A DNA stretch of 37,688 nt, from assembly GCA_003219345.1 (NCBI GenBank), contig QHOP01000093.1:1-37688 (forward strand), read 5' to 3'. Positions within the stretch are counted from its first letter, which is position 1, and each line of letters opens with the position of its first letter. Both the position numbers and the translations under genes were made by a program. Positions 9,055 to 14,598 of this stretch are shown here, in pieces. This DNA comes from Verrucomicrobiota bacterium (GTDB lineage: Bacteria; Verrucomicrobiota; Verrucomicrobiia; Limisphaerales; AV2). The notes under the pieces are model-generated. The model saw only the letters and a program-made list of their open reading frames with translations. It had not been told where the DNA came from and ran no database searches.

Positions 9055-9345
9055 TTACTCGCGTTCCATTCCAAAACGTGGGTCGCGCCGGTGATGGCGC
9101 ACGAGCGTCACTCGGATTCCACCAGCTATTTCGCGATAGATAACGTGATACGGGAAGCGTCTGAGGTTTGCTCGATGGAACCCGGTCTTAATCAAGTGAA
9201 ATCTACTGGGCTTCGCTGCTGCCACGGCGATCAGCCGGCGCATCTCCACCTTGAACTCCTCCCCCAACCTCTGCGACAGCGCGTCGTAACGCCGCAGCGC
9301 CTCAGCCACATCCTGCTCGACGGCGGGATGGTATTCGACCCTCAC
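9055..9345 (-). CDS. ParE/RelE-family type II toxin
   Basis: 96 aa, MRVEYHPAVEQDVAEALRRYD...FHRANLRRFPYHVIYREIAGGIRVTLVRHHRRDP, the typical plasmid-stabilisation toxin pattern. 4-nt overlap with the upstream antitoxin. Confidence 0.8.
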   Translation of the reverse strand: MRVEYHPAVEQDVAEALRRYDALSQRLGEEFKVEMRRLIAVAAAKPSRFHLIKTGFHRANLRRFPYHVIYREIAGGIRVTLVRHHRRDPRFGMERE

Positions 9346-9572
9346 CGTTGGCGGCCGGTCTCGACTCGTCTCCAGAACTCGGCTTCCGGGAGCGGTTGAA
9401 CTTTGCCGCTTTCGATCTCACGTTCCCGCCGTTCCACTTCGGCCAGTTCCTCCGCTTCGGACCACGCCTCGCTCATCGGCGGCAGCGAACTCAACAGCGA
9501 CTCGGCCAGCAGGACTCGCTGCTCCACCGGCAAAGCGAGCACGGTCTTTTCGATTTCCTCAATCGCTGACAT
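9342..9572 (-). CDS. Addiction-module antitoxin (putative addiction module component family)
   Basis: 76 aa, MSAIEEIEKTVLALPVEQRVLLAESLLSSL...AWSEAEELAEVERREREIESGKVQPLP, the characteristic family pattern. Coupled to the toxin. Confidence 0.75.
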   Translation of the reverse strand: MSAIEEIEKTVLALPVEQRVLLAESLLSSLPPMSEAWSEAEELAEVERREREIESGKVQPLPEAEFWRRVETGRQR

Positions 9573-9663
9573 GCCGACAGGCTACGACCTACAGGGCGGG
9601 TTTGCAAGACCGGACGCGAGCTTGGCGTGATGGCGCTGGGCAGGGATTTAATGAGCGCACAAA

Positions 9664-9817
9664 TTTCGCGAGCGCGACGAACACGCCTTGAGTTACATCT
9701 TCCGCGAGGTGCGAATCACAAACTGTTCAGCGTAGGCGCGCAGCAGTTGTGAGTCGGTCTGGTCGTTCACTCACCCAATAGTAGCCGCCGCCGCCCAAAT
9801 CGGACAGGGAATGTAGC
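9664..9817. repeat. Direct repeat copy B: degenerate duplicate of the promoter and 5' end of the sigma gene, with a 73-bp internal deletion
   Basis: See copy A. It keeps the GTG (9767-9769) and would encode only MNDQTDSQLLRAYAEQFVIRTSRKM before a stop, so it is a gene remnant. Confidence 0.9.
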
Positions 9818-10730
9818 TTTGATGGCAAGAGCATGAATCGGAACTGGGTTGCGAAAGCCGGGGCCAAGGGACGGTATCCCACCGCCCGCCCTCCAGGCTT
9901 AAGGGGATAAGCCCGCGGAGACTAATGGCCGAGCGATGATCCAAGTCCCGATTCACCGGCGCTTTCTGGGTGATCACCCAATCTTCCCCGGAATCCACAC
10001 CGCTTTCGATGTTCAGGTTTTTCGCTGGGACGATTTCATAGCGTTCCAGTAATGCATCATCCATGGGCGAGGCGAAATAGGGTTTCAACTGCGAGAGATC
10101 GGCGGGGAATTGGCCATGATTGGCCTGGGCGTATTGCCGGAGCGCCTGGAATGCCGCTTTTGAAAACGCGAGTTCCCCCTGGGAGCGAAGGTGACTCATC
10201 GTTTGACGGTATTCGTCGTCCGTGACTGAGAGATTTTCGACAGAGTCAATCCAATTGAAGTCGGAAAGGAATTGCAGCTCCGGGATCATTTCCGACGGCG
10301 TGTCCTCCAGCCACTGCCTGAGCTGAGCAACGCGCGCCCGCCTCATTTCCATTTCGTCTACCAACGGAGCGGTGAGGTTGATGCTGGCGGCCAACTCTTC
10401 CATTTGCTGAAGCCCCTCGCGGATGCGGCGGACTTGGCGACGGAGCGGTTCCATTTCCTGGACGGCCTTGCGAAGTTGACCGACCTCGGCCCGCAGTTTC
10501 ATCAATTCACTGAGTGCTGCGTCGTCGAGCGAATGGGAACTCTTCACCTGAGCGACGTTATTCGACAGGCGTTGGTTCTCTGACGACAATTGCTCCAACA
10601 GAACAGCCTGCTGCTGCAACGTCAATCTCTTCGAAACCAAAAGGCCTTCCGCCCGCTTTTGAATCAGCCACGGCAACACCAAGACCGCGGCTAGAATCGT
10701 GCCCAGTATGCCAAATCTCAGCTTTTTCAT
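9771..10730 (-). CDS. Membrane-anchored coiled-coil protein with a type-B C-terminal domain; partner of the upstream ECF sigma fusion
   Basis: MKKLRFGILGTILAAVLVLPWLI anchor. Coiled coil LLEQLSSENQRLSNNVAQ...LRAEVGQLRKAVQEME. Type-B domain IPELQFLSDFNWIDS...NHGQFPADLSQLKPYF...LLERYEIV...DWVITQKAPV. ATG overlaps the upstream stop (TAATG at 10728-10732). The last 16 codons are encoded by repeat copy B and the ~40-aa tail looks like read-through. Confidence 0.7.
   Translation of the reverse strand: MKKLRFGILGTILAAVLVLPWLIQKRAEGLLVSKRLTLQQQAVLLEQLSSENQRLSNNVAQVKSSHSLDDAALSELMKLRAEVGQLRKAVQEMEPLRRQVRRIREGLQQMEELAASINLTAPLVDEMEMRRARVAQLRQWLEDTPSEMIPELQFLSDFNWIDSVENLSVTDDEYRQTMSHLRSQGELAFSKAAFQALRQYAQANHGQFPADLSQLKPYFASPMDDALLERYEIVPAKNLNIESGVDSGEDWVITQKAPVNRDLDHRSAISLRGLIPLSLEGGRWDTVPWPRLSQPSSDSCSCHQSYIPCPIWAAAATIG
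9778..9806 (-). promoter_or_regulatory. Duplicated copy of the sigma upstream element, now upstream of the TA cassette
   Basis: Identical to 8996-9024 because it lies inside repeat copy B. Confidence 0.3.
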
Positions 10731-12082
10731 TATTTCGATGCCTCAGGTGGGACGATCCGCCGTTTTTCCCAGGCGTCAAAATTGCCATCGGCCTCGCTAT
10801 GTTGCATGCCGATGCCGCCAAGCATGGTGTATACCTTCACCCACTTGCCGTCGGTGTTTTTCCACGGATGCTTTTGCCTGATCAGGATGATGTCGTTCGG
10901 ATGAGCATACTTGTCGGGAGCGGGCAGCGGCCCCTGGAAAACGATTTCAAATTGGTCGGGAGAAAAATTGGCAAAATTGGTTCGGTTCCCGTACTCGGTG
11001 GACATGATGCCGGCCACCTGCGCGAGGTTGGTGGGAAACTGGCGGTGTTGACTGGCGTACCCGCGCGTCACACCACCGAGTCTCATGCAATAATCCGTTC
11101 TGGCGTTAAGCTCGGGACTGTCCACGGTTTGCTGGTCCTGGGGGCCGTGCAGGTCTTCGCGGAACCTGGTTCGCGCCCGGTTCAGTGACGCCTGGAGTTG
11201 CCTGTCTTCTTCCCGTAACGCGGCCAGGTCGTTGTTTTGCTCTCGGAGCGCTGCCACTTCATCACGCAATCTTTGCAACTCTTCCCCAGTATTTACTGAC
11301 GGACGGCTTAGCAATGCAGCGAGACTTGAAAGCCGTTCGTGCTCCGCTTGCAGTGGCGCCGATGCAGCCACTTGTTGGCGCACCGTCCCGTCCGCCTCCC
11401 GGATTGTGGTTCCCGTCCCCGCAGCGGCGCTCGCAAGGGACGCAGCGGAAAGCGTTGCTGCCAATCCGACCGGCGCGGCCTGGCAGGCATTGGCCGCAAG
11501 CACCACGGAGAGCGCGGCAGCTGAAGTTGTGATTCCCCGTTGGGACAGCAAATCACGCAGTTTGTCGAGCGCGCGCGACACGCGCTTTTGCGCGGCGTCG
11601 TCGCTCACACCGAGCCCCAAACCCACGGATCGCAAATCCTGGTTTTTGAAGAAGCGCAGCACCAGCGCGTCGTAGTCCGATTCGCTCAATTCGGCCATGG
11701 CTTCGTCCAGCACCGGACGCAGGCGCTCCCAGTCAGATGTGGTGTCGGGCGTCGAGTCGAGGTTTTCCATAGCCTGCCTTTCGCGGGAATGCCGGCGGAA
11801 TTCATCGCGCCGGAGATTGAGCGAGATGTTGCGCGCACTGCGGCAAAGCCAGCCAGCGAGCGAACCGTTCCCGGCCAGCTTTGGGGACAAGGACCGCGCG
11901 CCGCGCGCCAGACCGATGAAGACACTTTGGGCGACCTCGGCGGCAATGTCCGGCGAATCCACCTGCCGCAAGGCGGCGGAATACACGAGGTTCGTGTGCC
12001 GGGCGACGATTTCCGCGAAGGCGGATTCCGCGCCGTTTTGCACGTATTCGCGGAGGAGTTGGGCGTCGGACTTTGGTTGCAT
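10730..12082 (-). CDS. ECF sigma factor fused to a coiled coil and type-A C-terminal domain, lacking the anchor helix seen in its paralogs
   Basis: Region 2 FAEIVARHTNLVYSAALRQ...AGWLCRSARN. Region 4 VLRFFKNQDLRSVGLGLGVSDDAAQKRVSRALDKLR. Coiled coil LQRLRDEVAALREQNNDLAALREEDRQLQ. C-terminus ...KWVKVYTMLGGIGMQHSEADGNFDAWEKRR. Confidence 0.9.
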   Translation of the reverse strand: MQPKSDAQLLREYVQNGAESAFAEIVARHTNLVYSAALRQVDSPDIAAEVAQSVFIGLARGARSLSPKLAGNGSLAGWLCRSARNISLNLRRDEFRRHSRERQAMENLDSTPDTTSDWERLRPVLDEAMAELSESDYDALVLRFFKNQDLRSVGLGLGVSDDAAQKRVSRALDKLRDLLSQRGITTSAAALSVVLAANACQAAPVGLAATLSAASLASAAAGTGTTIREADGTVRQQVAASAPLQAEHERLSSLAALLSRPSVNTGEELQRLRDEVAALREQNNDLAALREEDRQLQASLNRARTRFREDLHGPQDQQTVDSPELNARTDYCMRLGGVTRGYASQHRQFPTNLAQVAGIMSTEYGNRTNFANFSPDQFEIVFQGPLPAPDKYAHPNDIILIRQKHPWKNTDGKWVKVYTMLGGIGMQHSEADGNFDAWEKRRIVPPEASK

Positions 12083-12091
12083 CTCACTTAT

Positions 12092-12120
12092 TTAATAACC
12101 GTCCGCTGCAAAATCCGACA
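12092..12120 (-). promoter_or_regulatory. Conserved upstream element of the sigma array (copy for 10730..12082)
   Basis: Minus-strand TGTCGGATTTT, 17-nt spacer, TATTAA. The -10-like hexamer ends 9 nt before the ATG. Confidence 0.3.
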
Positions 12121-12169
12121 AAGCTTTTGTAGCGTCAGCGTCCTGTCTGACGTAGAGGGCGGCACGCCG

Positions 12170-13342
12170 TCATCCGCAGGAAGAAATGGTATCGCGTCTG
12201 AATCGTCGAAGCATTACCCAAAGCCAGATGACTACAAATGTCAGACCGCTCCCGAATACTCCCCAAAACAGCAGTAATGAAAGATGCGGCGGCACTTGGC
12301 GATTGGCGTGAGCGATCAACAGATGAACCCCGATCATGAAAATCGCCTCGAAACAGGCCAGCCAAAGCAGGTGTCGAAACAGAAAATCAAACGTAACTTC
12401 CCGTCGTTCCGGCGCGAGCCAGTAGTTGCGATTGGGTATTTTGATCGAGTTGACTGGCAGGAAGCGCACAAAATAGCCAAGCCCAATCAAGAGCAGTGGC
12501 AACCCGATGCCCAATGCCATTGAGAAAAAAAGGTAAGTGGAACGATCCATCCAAATGTCGGGGCGTCCCTCCAAATCAAAATGGGTGGCGACGACTTTCT
12601 GCGAAACAATTGCATTGGTTAGAATTGCCGCGGCGGTCGCTTTCAGTCCCGCAGTTCCTTTGGTTGCGGTTGCCGTGGACAGGGCGGTTGTTGCGGCAGT
12701 GATCGAAACTGAGGTAGCCAAGCCGACGGGGGCGGCCTGGACGGCATTGGCGGATAGGACGACGACGAGGCCGCTGGCTCCGACGGGGACGCCGCGTTTG
12801 GAGAAGAACTCACGCAGGCGTTCGACGGCGCGGCTAACGCGTTTTTGCGCGGCGTCTTCGGATGTTCCCAGGGTTTGTCCGACTTCGCGAAGGCTTTTGT
12901 TTTCGAAGTAGCGCAGGAGTACGGCGGTGCGGTCGGTTTCGTCGAGCGATTCCATCGCTTCGTCGAGCAGCGGTTCGATGTCAGCCCAGACGGGCTGGAA
13001 GCCTGTCCCACTGTCAGCCTGCAAATTCATCGCATTCATCTCGGTGGCAATTTGCTCGCGGAGCTGGCGTCGCGATTCCCGGCGGATTACGTCCACAGCA
13101 GTCCGGCGTGTGACCTGATAAAGCCACGCCGTCAGAACGGTGTCCGGTTTCAGCTTGTGAGCGTTTCGAGCGAGGTCGGCAAAGACCGATTGCGCGATTT
13201 CCTCGGCCAATGGCGGCGAGCGGACCTGGCGCAACGCCGCGGAATAGACCAAATTCAAATGGCGCCGGACCAGCGCTGCGAAAGCTTCCTCTGAGCGTTG
13301 TCGCGTGTATTGCTGTAATAAGTCCAAGTCGCTCGCTGTCAT
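12170..13342 (-). CDS. ECF sigma factor fused to a polytopic membrane domain (DUF1648-like)
   Basis: Region 2 FAALVRRHLNLVYSAALRQ...TAWLYQVTRR. Region 4 LLRYFENKSLREVGQTLGTSEDAAQKRVSRAVERLR. SANAVQAAPVGLA, then HFDLEGRPDIWMDRSTYLFFSMALGIGLPLLLIGLGYF... with about 4 hydrophobic helices. ATG at 13342; an alternative GTG lies at 13348. Confidence 0.85.
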   Translation of the reverse strand: MTASDLDLLQQYTRQRSEEAFAALVRRHLNLVYSAALRQVRSPPLAEEIAQSVFADLARNAHKLKPDTVLTAWLYQVTRRTAVDVIRRESRRQLREQIATEMNAMNLQADSGTGFQPVWADIEPLLDEAMESLDETDRTAVLLRYFENKSLREVGQTLGTSEDAAQKRVSRAVERLREFFSKRGVPVGASGLVVVLSANAVQAAPVGLATSVSITAATTALSTATATKGTAGLKATAAAILTNAIVSQKVVATHFDLEGRPDIWMDRSTYLFFSMALGIGLPLLLIGLGYFVRFLPVNSIKIPNRNYWLAPERREVTFDFLFRHLLWLACFEAIFMIGVHLLIAHANRQVPPHLSLLLFWGVFGSGLTFVVIWLWVMLRRFRRDTISSCG

Positions 13343-13351
13343 CTTCACAAG

Positions 13352-13381
13352 TGTATCGCCACAGACGCTGAAAATCCGACA
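13352..13381 (-). promoter_or_regulatory. Conserved upstream element of the sigma array (copy for 12170..13342)
   Basis: Minus-strand TGTCGGATTTT, 18-nt spacer, GATACA. The -10-like hexamer ends 9 nt before the ATG. Confidence 0.3.
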
Positions 13382-13464
13382 AGATTTGCTGAAACCGGGT
13401 AATATCGAGATGGGGTTGCTCGTGGCTTTACTTTCCCGCCTCGGTCGCGCAATTTGGAGCCGGC

Positions 13465-14544
13465 ATGAAACAAAGCGGGTTTAACCTGTGGCTGGCGGGG
13501 TGGCTGATCTTTGGGGCAATTCAGTCGGGCATTGGCGCGGAGACCAATGCGCTACCGCATTTTCAGGAGGTGTTTCGCCTCCTACGTGCCAATCTGCCGA
13601 ACGCGAGCGAAGAGGAGTTGAACCAGGCAGCCGTGCAGGGGTTATTGAATCAATTTTATCCGCGAGTGATTCTTGTCACCAATGGGGCGCCGGCCGGCGT
13701 CCGTCCGGAAGGGTCGCTGTTGAGCAGGACGAGAGTGTACGATGACTCGTATGGATACCTGCGCGTGGCCAGGGTTGCGACCGGGCTGGCAGACGAGATT
13801 AAATCGGCTCACGACAGGCTCGACGCCACGAACAAGCTGAAAGGCGTGGTTCTGGATTTACGCTTCGCCGACGGCCAGGATTATACCGCGGCGGCGAACG
13901 CGGCGGACCGATTCTTAAGCAGGGAACAACCGCTTCTGGACTGGGACGAAGGTTCAATTCATTCGACCGGGAAAGCGGACGCGATCAACGTTCCGGTTGC
14001 AGTGCTCGTGAATCGACGAACGACTGGCGCGGCCGAGGCGCTGGCAGCGGCGCTGCGCGAAACAGACGCGGCGGTGTTGATCGGCTCGCGGACGGCGGGG
14101 CAGGCGCGGATTTTCAAAGAGTTCGATTTGTCGAACGGCCAGCGGCTGCGCGTTGCCACCGGTCAGGTCAGCGTCGGCAAAGGCAAACCGTTGTCCGCAA
14201 CGGGAGTCGCGCCGGACATAGAGGTCCTCGTCAGCGGCGAAGATGAAACGGCGTATTTTGTCGATGCGTTCAAAGTCTTATCCAGGCCTATCGCCCAGTT
14301 GAGAGTGACGAACAATGTTGCGCCGACCGCTTCGACAAACCGGGGGTCGCGGCGGCCCCGCAACGAGGCCGATCTCGTCCGGATGCAGCGCGAAGGTTTG
14401 AGTCCGGACGATCAAGATGCGCCAACACCTGCAGCCAAAACGGATGAGGATTCGCCGGAGCAGCTCGTGCGCGATCCGGCGCTGGCGCGGGCTCTCGATC
14501 TGTTGAAGGGCATCGCGATCGTGGAACGGTCGCTTCCGCGCTGA
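13465..14544 (+). CDS. Secreted S41 (C-terminal processing peptidase)-like protein, predicted catalytically inactive
   Basis: Signal peptide MKQSGFNLWLAGWLIFGAIQSGIGA. S41 core GVVLDLRFADGQ...VAVLVNRRTTGAAEALAAALRE...AVLIGSRTAGQA. Gly188 and Gln213 sit at the nucleophile Ser and general-base Lys positions. Confidence 0.7.
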   Translation: MKQSGFNLWLAGWLIFGAIQSGIGAETNALPHFQEVFRLLRANLPNASEEELNQAAVQGLLNQFYPRVILVTNGAPAGVRPEGSLLSRTRVYDDSYGYLRVARVATGLADEIKSAHDRLDATNKLKGVVLDLRFADGQDYTAAANAADRFLSREQPLLDWDEGSIHSTGKADAINVPVAVLVNRRTTGAAEALAAALRETDAAVLIGSRTAGQARIFKEFDLSNGQRLRVATGQVSVGKGKPLSATGVAPDIEVLVSGEDETAYFVDAFKVLSRPIAQLRVTNNVAPTASTNRGSRRPRNEADLVRMQREGLSPDDQDAPTPAAKTDEDSPEQLVRDPALARALDLLKGIAIVERSLPR

Positions 14545-14598
14545 TTTCGCCGTTGACATTTCCCCCGCGCGACCCAAGTTGAAATCATTGTTGCGAGC

